In this document: positions 12,595 through 26,707 of the stretch, piece after piece
How the letters are laid out: the number at the start of each line of letters is the position of its first letter
Position numbering within the stretch: the stretch's first letter is position 1
Source: Mobula hypostoma
Lineage: Eukaryota
Reading direction: 5' to 3'
DNA length: 64,000 bases
Assembly: GCF_963921235.1 (NCBI RefSeq)
Contig: NC_086097.1
Coordinates: forward strand, 84,694,001-84,758,000
Translations under genes and position numbers: made by a program
Notes under the pieces: generated by a model
Told to the model about the DNA's origin: nothing
Databases searched by the model: none
Seen by the model: only the letters and a program-made list of their open reading frames with translations

Positions 12595-13357
12595 AAAGGT
12601 GTAATTTAATGTTAGAGAAATGTATACAATATACATCCTGAAATGCTTTTTCTTTGCAACCATCCATGAAAACAGAGGAGTGCTCCAAAGAATGAACGAC
12701 AGCTAAATGTTAGAACCCCAAAAGTCCCCCCCAGATCTCTCCTCCTGCGAGCAACAATCCCCCCTACCCCCCACAGGCTTTAAAAAAAAGCATTGGCACT
12801 GCCACCGAGCACTCAAGTGTGAGCAAAGCAATAGCAAAGACACAGACTTGTAGTTACCCCAAAGACTTAGTGTTTCACCTGGTATTCGTCATACTGCGGG
12901 TTCTCTCTTTCCGTAATAAGGGAGAAAGCAGTGTCTTCATTTTCCCGGCGAGTGGGGAAACATAATAATCAACTCAGTTTACGATGTTAAAAATCCATTA
13001 CGTCGCTTTTTTTGAGCTCTGTACCTGAAGATAGCAAAGATCCCAGGTCTCCAGGCATAGAGCCGTAGATATTTTTACTCCTCCAATGACACACGGGTCT
13101 CCTGTCGTAACACCAGAGCCCCGAGATCCTAGGCTTCTGAATCCAAGCTGGACTCTTGGGCCAAGCCTTAGGCATATCGAACAACGTCGAGTTATGGAAT
13201 CCCGAGAGTGGGTCCCATTCCCGCAAAGAACCGCAGTCAGGTCAGGGTCTTCAAGGGAAAAATAGAGATATTAGAGATGGAAATAGGGCTATTTCCAAAG
13301 ATGCAAGCAAAGGAGTCTCCGTTAGGTGCCATTAACCCTCCGAAGCTCCGCCTTCTT
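12595..13357 (-). mobile_element. Unclassified non-coding interspersed repeat, copy 2
   Basis: Colinear homology with 101-1392. Confidence 0.6.
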
Positions 13358-13864
13358 TAGACATTCTTGCACAAGGACTCCTAAATCCCTTTGCACCAAC
13401 AATTTCTGAATTCACTCCCCATTTGGAAAATAGTCTATGCCTTTATTCCTTCTACCATCCACTTCCCTATACGTGCCACTTCTTTGCTGAATCTCCTAAT
13501 CTGTCAAAGTCCTTCTGCAGACTTCCTGCTTCCTCAACATTGCCTGCCTCTCCACCTATCTTTGTATCATCCATAAACTTGGCCATAAAGCCATCAATCC
13601 TGTCATCCAGATCATTCGCATATAATGTGAAAAGTAGTGGATCCACACCAACCCCTGAGGAACACTACTAGTCACTGGCAGGAAATCAGAAAGAGGCCCT
13701 TTTTATTCCCACTCTTTGGCTGACTGACAGAAGCAAACTGCTGTCCATGATAGTATCTTTCCTATAATACTATAAGTTCTTATCTTGTTTAGCAGCTTCA
13801 TGTGCAGCCTCCTTTGTCAAAGGCCTTCTGAAAATCCAAGTAAACAGCATTTGCTAACTCTCCT

Positions 13865-14522
13865 TTTTAGAGGATCTGTCCTAGGGCCAGCACCATCATA
13901 AAGAAGACGCAACAATCCCTGTACTGTCATCTACAACTTTGACAAACCTTTATAGAGGAACAGTGAGTGTATCCTGACTGGTTCCATCACAGCCTGTCAT
14001 GGAAACAGCAATGCCATGAACAGAAAAGCCTACGAAAAAGTGGTGGATACTGCCTAGTTCATCACAGGTAAAGCCTTCCCCAACATTAAGCACATCTAAA
14101 GGAAATGCTGCCGCAAGAAATCAGCATCTATTATCAACACCCCCACCATTCAGGCCATACTCTTCTGCCATCGGAAAGGAGCTTTGTGTCCCACACCACC
14201 AGGTTTAGGAACATTTTATTACCCTTCAACCATCAGGCTTCTGAACTTGCTTGGGTAACTTCCCTCACCTCCACAATAGATTCTACAATCTACAGACTCA
14301 CTTTCAAGAACTCTACAACTCATGTTCTTGGTATTATTTATTCACGTTTTTTTAATTTGCACAATTTTTCTTCTTTTGTAAGTTGTTTGTCAGTCTTTGT
14401 GTGTAATCTTTATTGATTCTATTGTACTTGTCTGTTCTACTGTGAATGTCTGCAAGAAAATGAATCTCAAGGTAGTAAATGGTGATGTATACATACTTTG
14501 ATAACAAATTTACTTTGAACTC
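13865..14522 (+). mobile_element. Rex1/Babar-like LINE 3' fragment
   Basis: Decayed LTNLYRGTV..ILTGSITA and KVVDTA post-RT motifs, HTTRFRN, tail aaatttactttgaac. Confidence 0.65.
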
Positions 14523-16639
14523 TGTGCTCTACCCTGCCCAGTATTTCCTCAAATAATTCCAACAGATTTGTCAAACAAGATTTACCCTTAAGGAAACCAT
14601 GCTGACTTTGGATTATTTTATCATATGCCTACAGGTACCCTGAAACCTCGTCCTTAATAATGTACTGTAACATCTTGCCAACCACTCAAGTCAAGCTAAC
14701 TGGACTATAATCTCGTCTTTTGCCTCCCTCCTATCTTAGAGTGGAATGACATTTGCAATTTTCTAGTTCTCCAGAACCATTCCTGAATCTAGTGATTCTT
14801 GAAAGATCACTATTAATGTCACCACAATCTCTTCAGCTACCTCTTTCGGAAACCAGGGGTGTAGTCCATCTGGTCCTGGTGACTTGCCTACATTAAGACC
14901 TTTCAGCTTCCCAAGCACCTACTCCTTACTAATAGTGACTACGGTCACCACTTCTGACCCCTGACTCTCAAATTTCTGTCAGACTGCTGGTGTCTTCCAC
15001 AGTGAACACTGATGCGAAATATTTATTCAATTCACCCGCCGTTTCTTTGTTCCCCATTACTACTTCTCCGGCATAATTTTCCAGTATTCTGATGTCCACT
15101 CGTGGTTCTCTAATACTGTTTTTGTTGCTACATGAGAACGATCTTTGCTGTGCTGCAGACAAATTGCATCTGCGAAAGGAGAGAATAAGCAGCCAAGTGA
15201 CCCAGCCACTAGCCGCAGCCACCACTTACTCTTGCCCACACTGCACAAGAATATTTGCATCCCAGGTCAGAATCAATGGGTCAAGTTGTTCAACTTCACC
15301 AAACCTACCAACCATTAGGTTTTCCTTTACACGTTTAAGTTTTTTAAATTGCTCATGGCACGTCACCAGAGAAAATCTGTAAGCTGATAGGAGTGCAGTG
15401 AAGAAAACCGGATAAGCAAATGTCTACATTCTTGACCAATGAGACAGAAGGATTATTACCAATAGCACAGGGCCGACACCAAACATTTTAGTGAATCTCA
15501 AATAGCAATAAAGATCTGGAGAAATGGGATTCCATTTTAATTGCAGTCAGTTTGCACTGCCCAAGAGACTGACGGTCACTAAACTTCATTTGGTCACTAC
15601 AGGATTCAGACTGGACAGTTAATTGACACATGTATGTTAACATGTGTAAATGCAAGTTGATAGCAGGAAGTATAGAATCACCTACAGCTCCAAGAACAAA
15701 TTGTTGACTGCTTGAGATAAATTAACTGAGGTATCTGTGGATGGAGGTAAACAAGTTATTAGCATGTAGCACTACAAGTTAGTGAAGCACTCTGCACAGA
15801 ATAAAGCAGAATAAGAGAAGAATGAACAGGTTTTTTTGTTGAAAAGATTGAGGTGACTGAATGAAGATCTCAAAATTATAAATCCGTTGAATAGAATAAA
15901 CTTGTCTGTAGGGGAAACTAAAACAGAAGCTATATATATGAAATAGTTAATAAAAAATCCAAAAGGGAAAGAAAAATTTATCTGTACAAGTCAGTGATTA
16001 AAATCTGGAACCAATCACCGCAGAAAGCAGCTGAGGCAAGCATGTAAACCAATGTAAAGAAGAAACTAGTTTTGGCATTCCCAACCTTTTTTACGCCAGA
16101 GAGCCTCACCATTAACTGAGGGGTCCGTGGAACTCCTGAACTAGATAAGCAGTTGAGATAAAAATAAACAAGAAGGGATCGTCAAAGACTGAGATGAAAT
16201 TTTTCTAAAGTCTTGTACTATGTGTGAAGCACCAGCACAAACCTATGAGCTGGACGGACATCTGTGTGTTCTTTGCTACAAATATACTGAGCAGACATTG
16301 AGGGACTGGCTTTACAAAATATATGATGGAGCTCCCCAATTTCAATATCAAATTTTAAATATGTGAATTTAAAATTGAAACTTAACCTTTCCGTTTCTGG
16401 ATGAAGAATGGAACTATTAATTTCACTGCTGCTTTGACAAGAAAATCCAGAGTACTATGACCTTGTGGTGTCTGAACTTATTTTCTACACTGACTAAGCA
16501 ATACTAATTTCTATAAAACTGGTAACAAAAATGTAACAATTGGCAGGTAGCTTAAGAGAGCAAGGTTTTCACCTAGGCTACGTAACTGTAACAATGGATT
16601 TGTGATTATCAATACAGTATTAAATAAGAAAGGTGTATT

Positions 16640-17460
16640 CAACAGCTTGGAAAAGTATGGATAGAGTAAGAGGGAAGGTGAGTGCAGGAGAGGTTACTGA
16701 AGTCCCCAGAATAATGGATAAACCAAGTCGTTTAGAAAGGAATATGAATTTAACTTCAGGCAACATGGAGACAAAATTGAAAAGAAGAGTGGTGAATACA
16801 GGACTGAGGGTGCTATATTTGAATGCACACAGTATATTGAAATAACCTAGATAATCTTGTAGTGCAGTTAGAGATTGGCAAGTATGGGCATCACAGAGTG
16901 GTGGTTGAAAGATCACAGCTTAACATCCAAGGATACCTATTCTATCAGAAGAACAGGCAGGTAATCAGGGGGTGGTGTGGCTTTGTTGGAAGAAATGAAA
17001 CCAAATCCTTAGAATGAAGTGACATAGGATCAAAAGGTGCAAATTCCTTTTGGGTAGAGTTAAGAAACTGCAAGGTAAAAGGACTCTGACAGGAGCTATA
17101 TATAACCCCCAAACAGTAGCCAAAATTAGGGGTACAAATTACAATGGGAGATAGAAAAGAATTGTAAAAAGGACAATGTTATGATGGTCTTGTGGATTTC
17201 ATTATGCAGGTAGATTGGGAAAATCAGGTTGGTGTTGGATCCCAAGAGAAGAAATTTGTAGAAAGCCTGTGAAATGGCTTTTCAGAGGAAACCGTGATTG
17301 AGCCCACTAGGGAAAGGGCAGTTCTGGATTGGGTGTTGAATAATGAACTGGATTTTATTGGGGAACTTAAGGTAAAGGAGCCAATAATCGTCATATGATA
17401 GAATTTACACTGCAGTTTGAGAGGGAGAAGCTAAAACCGGATGCAGTATTGCAGTATTAC
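16640..17460 (+). mobile_element. Old CR1 ORF2 endonuclease fragment
   Basis: LRVLYLNAHSI followed by decayed APE motifs and MIEFTLQFERE. Confidence 0.7.
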
Positions 17461-18951
17461 AGGGGTGAAAGAATTCATTTGGATGGAGAGATGGCTGAAA
17501 CTGGGGCAGCACTCTTTGGAACAAAGATGGTTAGTAGGAGTTTTGTGGAGCTTTTCACTTGCAAGTGGCTTTGTAATGAATAAGCGAGGTGCGATTGTTT
17601 CTGTTGATAACAGCTGATAAATTAGGTATCAACCAAAAGGGTTCATTAAGGAGCATTTTAACTCTGTTTTGATAAAGATTCTATTGCTTGAAATGTTCAG
17701 TGGACTGGTTGGCCGATTTCTGTGCTCTAAGATTTTGATTTGTTCCATTGTCAGTTTGTGCTGGAGAACTATTACTAACTTGAGAATATCTATGCTGCCT
17801 TCACTTCATTTGGCACATGGTAGCTGTGATCAAAAAGGTCTCTGTCACGGAATTTAAAGGTTTTTTTACAACCATTGAAAGCAACTGACTTCTTTCTCCT
17901 TTGCTATCTTTAAAGAATTTATTTTCTAAATCTAGGGCATCCATTCATCAGTGTCAGAGTTCTCATAAGGCAGGAGAATGATATCCAACCCACTCACCCC
18001 ATTGTACTCCTTTCAAACATAAGTGGCCTGCTCACATAGTGGTATGATGACCAAGATCCAAGCTGGAAGGAAAGAGTTATCATGTTTCTGTAATTCATTC
18101 AAGAGCTTCACTTACAATTAATTATTTGGATTAGGTTGGAAACTACAGTAGCATTTTGTTGCATAGCAACATCTTGCATTTGGTTTAGGTGATAATAATT
18201 GGAGAGCATGATTTTACTGGTGCACTAGCAGAATTCATGTTCTCTGTGTACTACCAGAGCATCCAAATCCCTCTGAGATGGGTACTTGACCTTTGCTTTA
18301 ATATCTTAGCAGGTGGAGGCTTCAACAGATTTGGCATCACTTCCCATTCTCGTAAGATATTCCTGTGCCTGTATGTAGTGTAGCATACTTTCCCCCCCCC
18401 CCCCCCCCGGTGTGTAGAAGTACCATGCTATGATTTTCAGTTCACTGTGCACTAGATTCTGTTTGGTCATGTGTCCTGTGTGGTGTTGTCTTTCAAAAGT
18501 CAGCCAGCTGAGCACCTGGGGTATGCTGAGGAAATTTGTAAACCAAGTAAACTGTTGTTTTCAGCAGAAGGAAAGTAGACCAGAGTGTAGTTGATGTAAA
18601 GTTATGTTTTTTAGTCATTACTGATAACATGATGAATAATAAACTGCATGTCGAAGGCCAGTGACGAGGACGGGTGACGAAGTCTGCACGCGTGAAAGGC
18701 CAGAGATGTAGACACGGTGATGAAGGACACTTGGGGAGTTTGGGATGTCCCAGATCGGTGGATACCAATGTGAGCAGGAGGCGGGCTCCAGGTTTGAGCC
18801 TGGAGTTTAGGGTCCTGTCATTGATTAGGCCAGGAGTTGATACCAAAGATCAAAGCCTGGAGACTGGAGGCTTGTCTTGGAGCTAGAGGCCTCTCTGTAT
18901 GCATGAATGGGAGGGAGGGTGGGAGAGGGAAAGGGGCTTGTTTTGTTACTA

Positions 18952-20412
18952 GCAACACACATAAAAGTTGCTGGTGAACGCAGCAGGCCAGGCAGCATCT
19001 CTAGGAAGAGGTGCAGTCGACATTTCAGGCGGAGACCCTTCGTCAGGACTAAGTGAAGGAAGAGTGAGTAAGGGATTTGAAAGTGGGACGGGGAGGGGGA
19101 GATCCAAAATGATAGGAGAAGACAGGAGGGGGAGGGATGGAGCCAAGAGCTGGACAGGTGATAGGCAAAAGGGATACGAGAGGATCATGGGACAGGAGGT
19201 CCGGGAAGAAAGACAAGCGGCAGGGGGGGACCCAGAGGATGGGCAAGGGGTATATTCAGAGGGACAGAGGGAGAAAAAGGAGACTGAGAGAAAGAATGTG
19301 TGTATAAAAATAAGTAACAGATGGGGTACGAGGGGGAGGTGGGACATTAGCGGAAGTTAGAGAAGTCGATGTTCATGCCAGCAGGTTGGAGGCTACCCAG
19401 AGGGAATATAAGGGTGTTGTTCCTCCGACCTGAGTGTGGCTTCATCTTTACAGTAGAGGAGGCCGTGGATAGACATGTCAGAATGGGAATGGGATGTGGA
19501 ATTAAAATGTGTGGCCACTGGGAGATCCTACTTTCTCTGGCGGACAGAGCCTAGGTGTTCAGCAAAGCGGTCTCCCAGTCTGCGTCGAGTCTCGCCAATA
19601 TATAAAAGGCCACATCGGGAGCACTGGACGCAGTATATCACCCCAGCCAACTCACAGGTGGAGTGTTGCCTCACCTGGAAGGACTGTTTGGGGCCCTGAA
19701 TGGTGGTAAGGGAGGAAGTGTAAGGGCATGTGTAGCACTTGTTCCGCTTACATGGATAAGTGCCAGGAGGGAGATCAGTGGGGAGGGATGGGGGGGACGA
19801 ATGGACAAGGGAGTTGCGTAGGGAGCGATCCCTGCAGAATGCAGAGGGGGGGGGGAGGGAAAGATGTGCTTAGTGGTGGGATCCCGTTGGAGGTGGCGGA
19901 AGTTACGGAGAATAATATGTTGGACCTGGAGGCTGGTGGGGTGGTAGGTGAGGACCAGGGGAACCCTATTCCTAGTGGGGTGGCGGGAGGATGGAGTGAG
20001 AGCAGATGTACGTGAAATGGGGGAGATGCGTTTAAGAGCAGAGTTGATAGTGGAGGAAGGGAAGCCCCTTTCTTTAAAAAAGGAATACATCTCCCTCGTC
20101 CTAGAATGAAAAGCCTCATCCTGAGAGCAGATGCGGCAGAGACGGAGGAATTGCGAGAAGGGGATGGCGTTTTTGCAAGAGACAGGGTGAGAAGAAGAAT
20201 AGTCCAGATAGCTGTGAGAGTCAGTAGGCTTATAGTAGACATCAGTAGATAAGCTGTCCCCAGAGATGGAGTCAGAAAGATCTAGAAAGGGGAGGGAGGT
20301 GTCGGAAATGGACCAGGTAAACTTGAGGGCAGGGTGAAAGTTGGAGGCAAAGTTAATAAAGTCAACGAGCTCTGCATGCATGCAGGAAGCAGCACCAATG
20401 CAGTCAATGCAA
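18952..20412 (-). mobile_element. Neptune-type PLE, 5'-truncated, inserted in an older non-coding repeat (~18650-20610)
   Basis: Highly similar to 4250-5698; 13-bp TSD tgttttgttacta at 18939-18951 and 20413-20425; hammerhead at 19015-19050 with GAAAC>GAAAT change. Confidence 0.93.
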
Positions 20413-20619
20413 TGTTTTGTTACTACTTGTGTTTTGTTTAGTTGTGTTTGTGATGTTCTGCCGAGCATTGTGGGCATGCTGTGTTGGTGCTGGAATGTCT
20501 AGTGACACCTGCAGACTTTCCCCAGCATATCCTTAGGTTGTGTTGGTTGTTAACACAAATAGCACATTTCACTGTATATTTCGATGTACAAGTGATAAAT
20601 AAATGAATATGTATTAGAT

Positions 20620-20945
20620 TCTTTCTTCTTCAGCCCTTTACCTCTTCCACCTGTCATCTCCTAATTTACTTCATCCCCCCACCCACCCACTCACCTCATC
20701 TCAATCTCAATCCCAGGTGCTGGGGATTTCCCCTCAGCTGGTTTCACCTAACACCAACCAGCTCGTACTCCTTCCCCTCCCCCTCCCTTATTCTGACAGC
20801 TGCCCCCCTTCCTTTCTAGTCCTGATTGGCCGGAAACATCAACTGCTTATTCTTCTCCATAGCTACTGCCTGACTTACTAGTTTTTCTAGCATTCTGTGT
20901 GTGTTGCTCAAGATTTCCAGCGTCTGCAGAATCCCTCGTATTTAT
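20620..20945 (+). mobile_element. Old PLE pseudo-LTR remnant with decayed hammerhead
   Basis: Pyrimidine-rich tract, agtcctga..gaaacatcaact and tail tgtgttgctcaagatttccagcgtctgcagaat, shared with young PLE ends. Confidence 0.7.
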
Positions 20946-21249
20946 CCCTTCCCCTCACAGCCGAGAAGTACCATACCAATGAAATCTGAATATCATACAT
21001 ATTCTTTGGCAAAGGATCCACTATCTCTTTTTCCTGTAGAGTCGTAGTGATATTTTGCCTGATTGCAGCTTACTAGCCAGATAAAATCCCTCTGTGCTCG
21101 GTGAATATGTCATTCTTGCATTACATCTAATCCACTCCGGTTTAAAATGAAATGCTTAAAATTTTAAAAGGTAACCCATTTCTCTTTGGGCAGCTTATTC
21201 TAAATTCATATCTAACCCTATTTCATTCAACCTCCACCCACATCCCACA

Positions 21250-22330
21250 ATATGGGATCCAGGGAAGTTTGGCCAGGTGGATTCAGAATTGGCTTGCCTG
21301 CAAAAGGCAGAGGGTGGTGGTGGAGGGAGTACATTGAGATTGGAGGATTGCGACTAGTGGTGTCCACAAGGATCTGTTCTGGGACCTCTACTTTTCGTGA
21401 TTTTTATTAACGACCTGGATGTGGGGTTAGAAGGGTGGGTTGACAAGTTTGCAGACGACACAAAGGTTGGTGGTGTTGTTGATAGCGTAGAATATTGTCA
21501 AATATTGCAGAGAGTCATTGATAGAATGCAGAAGTGGGCTGAGAAGTGGCAGATGGAGTTCAACCCGGAGAAGTGTGAGGTGGTACACTTTGGAAGGACA
21601 AGCTCCAAGGCAGAGTACAAAGTAAATGGCAGGATACTTGGTAGTGTGGAGGAGCAGAGGGATCTGGGGGTACATGTCCACAAATCCCTGAAAGTTGGCT
21701 CACAGGTAGATAGGGCAGTTAAGAAAGCTTATGGGGTGTTAGCTTTCATAAGTCGAGGGATAGAGTTTAAGAGTTGCGATGTAATGATGCAGCTCTGTAA
21801 AACTCTGGTTAGGCCACACATGGAGTACTGTGTCCAGTTCTGGTCGCCTCACTATAGGAAGAATGTGGAAGCATTGGAAAGGGTACAGAGGAGATTTACC
21901 AGGATGCTGCCTGGTTTAGAAAGTATGCATTATGATCAGAGATTAAGGGAGCTAGGGCTTTACTCTTTGGCGAGAAGGAGGATGAGAGGAGACATGATAG
22001 AGGTTTACAAGATAATAAGAGGAATAGATAGAGTGGATAGCCAGCGCCTCTTCCCCAGGGCACCACTGCTCAATACAAGAGGACATGGCTTTAAGGTAAG
22101 GGGTGGGAAGTTCAAGGGGGATATTAGAGGAAGGTTTTTTACTCAGAGAGTGGTTGGTGCGTGGAATGCACTGCCTGAGTCAGTGGTGGAGGCAGATACA
22201 CCAGTGAAGTTTAAGAGACTACTGGACAGGTATATGGAGGAATTTAAGGTGGGGGCTTGTATGGGAGGCAGGGTTTGAGGGTCGGCACAGCATATAGAGA
22301 ATGTGCTGTACTATTCTATGTTCTATATAT
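21250..22330 (+). mobile_element. CR1 LINE 3' part (RT)
   Basis: 293-aa ORF 21397-22278 with FADDTK, YCVQFWSP, FFTQRVV; tail ctattctatgttctat. Confidence 0.92.
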
Positions 22331-22760
22331 ACTTCCATTGTCACCAAATCAGAAAGTATGCGAGTCATAAGATTTAACTATTATAAGCACCAACTGAACT
22401 TTTAACAAACCTTTTAATTTAAATTTTTTTTACCCAGGAAAACGTAGAAATCGATGGTGCTAAGCTAATGTATAAACAAGGTATTTCTGTTAAAGTGTAC
22501 AAAATATCTTGACACCATGTTCTAAGTTCTATTAATTTTATTTCAGTTCAAGTTGATCACTTTGATGACTGAAACTCTGATCTCTATGCCAGAATCAATC
22601 CTTGCCAGAAGATCTAGGTCACATCATTACATTCTAGAAAATAATCCTTGGTTAGCAATTGCCTTTTGTTATGAACAATATCTGATTGTTCACTAAGCTT
22701 TTTCCATACAGTGTTCATCCTTGTTTTAAGTTTGGGCAGGCATGTATATATTGGCTATAG

Positions 22761-23300
22761 ACTCAGTGGCCACTTTATTAGGTATATTTGCTCGTTAGTA
22801 CAAATATCTAATCAGTCAGTAATGTAGCAGCAGCTCAATGCAGAAAAGCATGTAGCCACCGTCAAGAGGTTCAGTTGTTCTTCGGAGCAAACATCAGAAT
22901 GGGGAAGAAATGTGATCTAAATGACTTTGACCATGGGATGATTGTTGATGCCAGACAGGGTGATTTAAGTATGATAGGAACTGCTGACATCCTGGAATAT
23001 TCACACACAGCAGTCTCTAGAGTTTATAGAGAATGGTGTGATAAACAAAAGCATCCAGTGAGCGATGGTTCTGTGAGGAAAAATGCCTTATTAGTGAGAG
23101 AGGTCAAAGGAGAATGGCCAGACTGGTTCAAGTTGACAGGACAGCAACAGTAACTCAAGTAACCACGTTACAACAATGGTGTGCTGAAGAGCATCTCTGA
23201 ACCGTGAAGTGGTTGGGCTACAGCAGCAGAAGATCACAAACATATACTCAGAGGCCATTTTGTTAGGTACAGGAAGCACCTAATGAAGTGACCACTGAGT
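22761..23300 (+). mobile_element. Non-autonomous Tc1-like element
   Basis: TIRs actcagtggccactttattagg / cctaatgaagtgaccactgagt; N-terminal HTH remnant MGKKCDLNDFDHGMIVDAR..AVSRVYREW. Confidence 0.85.
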
Positions 23301-25408
23301 TAGATATCTAATACATTCCATGTTCATGCTTAAAAATGGATTTTGCTTTTTTTATATAACGTAAACAGCACACCTGCATCTTCCAACAGCACCATTACTA
23401 TACTGAGTTCTGTATCACCCAGGTATCTAAAGCAATCCCTATATTTTAGCCTGCATGTTTTATGACTTGGTTTTATACCAGCATCTGTTTTTGCTTATTT
23501 AAAACAAATGATACATGTATAACTTAAAAATAGCATCAACATGTCCCAGCATAGGTTGAAAACTAATTTAATACAAAACTACGGGAGATTGACTGGTTTT
23601 GCCATTTATAGGAGGCAATCTTCTATCTAACCTGTCTAATAGATTTTCGTATTTTCTTGAAAATACTTTATTTACACAGATTTATATAATACAAAACACT
23701 TAAAGGGCATTTTCAGCATGTTATGTTATTCCATTTACTTAATATTAGCAAACCATCAATTTTTGTTTACATTAATAATTTGAGCAGTTTCTAAAACTTT
23801 TACAGATTTGAGCTGCATAGTGTGTGATGCCTGGAGGGTCTTAAACAGTGCCCTTTATCATGGAACCTTTGCAGTGGATGCACCTGGCTTCAGTCTGACT
23901 TGCGAAGTATAGCCCTAGACTTGGAGCGTGTTTGTTTCTGGGCAGCACCTTCCTTTGGAGATCCAATGACCTGTGGGCAGTTCCTTAAGGATCCTTCACC
24001 AAGTTGATGAATGACTTGTGGTCCTCCAACAGCAATGTCTAATTGTCTCAGTGTGTATCCCCTGGGAACCACCCATTGTTGGACCCTGGTGCTTTTGCAA
24101 TCCAAGGTTCTTTGGAAATCAAGAATGAGGCATAAAACTTATTGTTTATAATAGTTTTATTAAGTGCTACAAGAGTGGAAAATGAACAAGGAAGAAGAGC
24201 CAAGAGAACAAAGAGTGGGGGGGGGGAGGCAAAAAAGATAGTTCTGATCTTCTCATACTCAGACTAGAGATAAACAGAAGTTTGATGATAACAATGAATC
24301 TACAAAATAGCTAGATTCAAGTGGCATAACATCTACTTCAGAAAAATGACATTTCTAGAAAAATACAGAAGTAACTGTACCATAATTATTGGAAAATTCA
24401 CCGAACAAAAAAAAACATGTATATTGAAAGGTTCATTTTATTGTCAAAGTATGCATGTAAAATACAACTCTGATATTCGTATTCTCCAGCTAGCCATGAA
24501 ATACAGGATTGATGATAACATCAATCCCCCAAACCCTTCCCTCACAAAAAATAATCAGTGACAATAACATCAAATTCACAACCCTCTCCCTCACGGAAAA
24601 AACAGTGACAATAGCATCCAAAGTCCCCCCCCCCCCACACACACACACACACACACAAATCTAACAAATGTAATGATTATATAAAAATACAAGCAAGCAT
24701 AGGAAAATTAAACTACATGAAAAAACTATTCTACAAACCAATCCAACACATCATAGCACAGTGTGATATTTAATGCAGCTTTGAGGGATGGACCTGTTCT
24801 ATCAATTCTCAGATCTTCTTAGTGAACATGCAGTTCAGTAAGAGATAGATGGGGATCTTACTCCCACCGAAACTATCTTGAAAATAGCATGAGCTGACAC
24901 TGAGACTCCGGATACAGGTGTCCCCCGCTTTTCGAACGCTCGCTTTACGAAACCTCACTGTTATGAAAGACCTACATTAGTATCCTGTTTTTGCTTTCAG
25001 AAGGTGCTTTTACTGTTATGAAAAAAAATCAGCGCGCGATAAAAAGCCAGCATGTGAAAAAATCAGCATGCAATAAAAGGCAGCGCCCACCCCGAACAGC
25101 CACTCTCCCCCGGATTCGGAACGGCATTGTTTAAACACGTGCCTGTGAGCAGCCATTTGCAATATGAGTTCTAAGGTATCAGAAAAGCCTAAAAGAGCTC
25201 GTAAGGGTGTTACACTTAGCATAAAACTAGACATAATTAAGCGTTTTGATCGTGGTGAACGAAGTAAGGACAACATGAGTTTGGCTTGTGGAAGCTGACG
25301 AACATGATGTTGACAACAGGAATTCTGCAGATGCTGGAAATTCGAGCAACACACATAAAAGTTGCTGGTGAACACAGCAGGCCAGGCAGCATCTCTAGGA
25401 AGAAGTGC

Positions 25409-25444
25409 AGTCGACGTTTCAGGCCGAGACCCTTCGTCAGGACT
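25409..25444 (-). ncRNA. Minimal hammerhead ribozyme
   Basis: Reverse complement reads AGTC CTGACGA AGGGTCTCGGCCT GAAA C GTC GACT. Confidence 0.8.
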
Positions 25445-26228
25445 AACTGAAGGAAGAGTGAGTAAGGGATTTGAAAGTTGGAGGGGGAGGGGGAGATCCA
25501 AAATGATAGAAGACAAGAGGGGGAGGGATGGAGCCATGAGCTGGACAGGTGATAGGCAAAAGGGATACGAGAGGATCATGGGACAGGAGGTCCCAAACAG
25601 TCCTTCCAGGTGAGGCAACACTTCACCTGTGAGCCGGCTGGGGTGATATACTGCGTCCGGTGCTCCTGATGTGGCCTTTTATATATTGGCGAGACCCAAC
25701 GCAGACTGGGAGACCGCTTTGCTGAACACCTACGCTCTGTCCGCCAGAGAAAGCAGGATCTCCCAGTGGCCACACATTTTAATTCCACATCCCATTCCCA
25801 TTCTGACATGTCAATCTTCAGCCTCCTCTACTGTAAAGATGAAGCCACAGTCAGGTTGGAGGAACAACACCTTATATTCCGTCTGGGTAGCCTCCAACCT
25901 GATGGCATGAACATCGACTTCTCTAACTTCCGCTAAGGCCCCACCTCCCCCTCGTACCCCATCTGTTACTTATTTTTATACACACATTCTTTCTCTCACT
26001 CTCCTTTTTCTCCCTCTGTCCCTCTGAATATACCCCTTGCCCATCCTCTGGGACCCCCCCCCTTGTCTTTCTTCCCGGACCTCCTGTCCCATGATCCTCT
26101 CGTATCCCTTTTGCTTATCACCTGTCCAGCTCTTGGCTTCATCCCTCCCCCTCCTGTCTTCTCCTATCATTTTGGATCTCCCCCTCCCCCTCCAACTTTC
26201 AAATCCCTTACTCACTCTTCCTTCCGTT

Positions 26229-26264
26229 AGTCCTGACGAAGGGTCTCGGCCTGAAACGTCGACT
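26229..26264 (+). ncRNA. Minimal hammerhead ribozyme
   Basis: AGTC CTGACGA AGGGTCTCGGCCT GAAA C GTC GACT. Confidence 0.8.
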
Positions 26265-26707
26265 GCACCTCTTCCTAGAGATGCTGCCTGGCCTGCTGCG
26301 AACATGATGTTGAAGAGGTTTTGGCATCCCATGACCAAAAACTGACAGATGAAGAGCTGATGCAATTGGAAGAAAAAAGGATAACAATCAAAACCAAATG
26401 AGTAATGATAAAGTACAACTTTAATTTTGAAAGGGTACGTCGGTTTAGGGGATATTTGCAGGATGATTTTAGTCCTTACAAAGAACTGTGTGATAGAAAA
26501 ATGCGCGAGGCTCAGCAGTCAAGCATGCCTTCCACATCAGCCACAGCAGACGATGAACCTCGACCTTCGACATCAAGGCGGGCAGAGATAGAAGAAGATG
26601 AGCTGCCTGCTCTAATGGAAACAGACGATGACGAGATGACACCCCAGTGTCCCACCACCCCAACCCCCAGGCCACGGACAGATACCGATTTGCGGAGAAT
26701 GCAATGG

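Larger units (their letters stand above)
12460..15095 (-). mobile_element. Old CR1 ORF2 remnants interrupted by later insertions
   Basis: Decayed CR1 peptides on - (LARPHLHYC, ELNKYFASVFTVED); interrupted at 12595-13357 and 13865-14522. Confidence 0.7.
25314..26298. mobile_element. PLE insertion with inverted structure (minus pseudo-LTR + plus GIY-YIG/pseudo-LTR)
   Basis: 25314-~25592 is the reverse complement of a PLE 3' end; ~25592-26298 is the forward EN + 3' end; TSD cgaacatgatgttga at 25299-25313 and 26299-26313. Confidence 0.92.
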
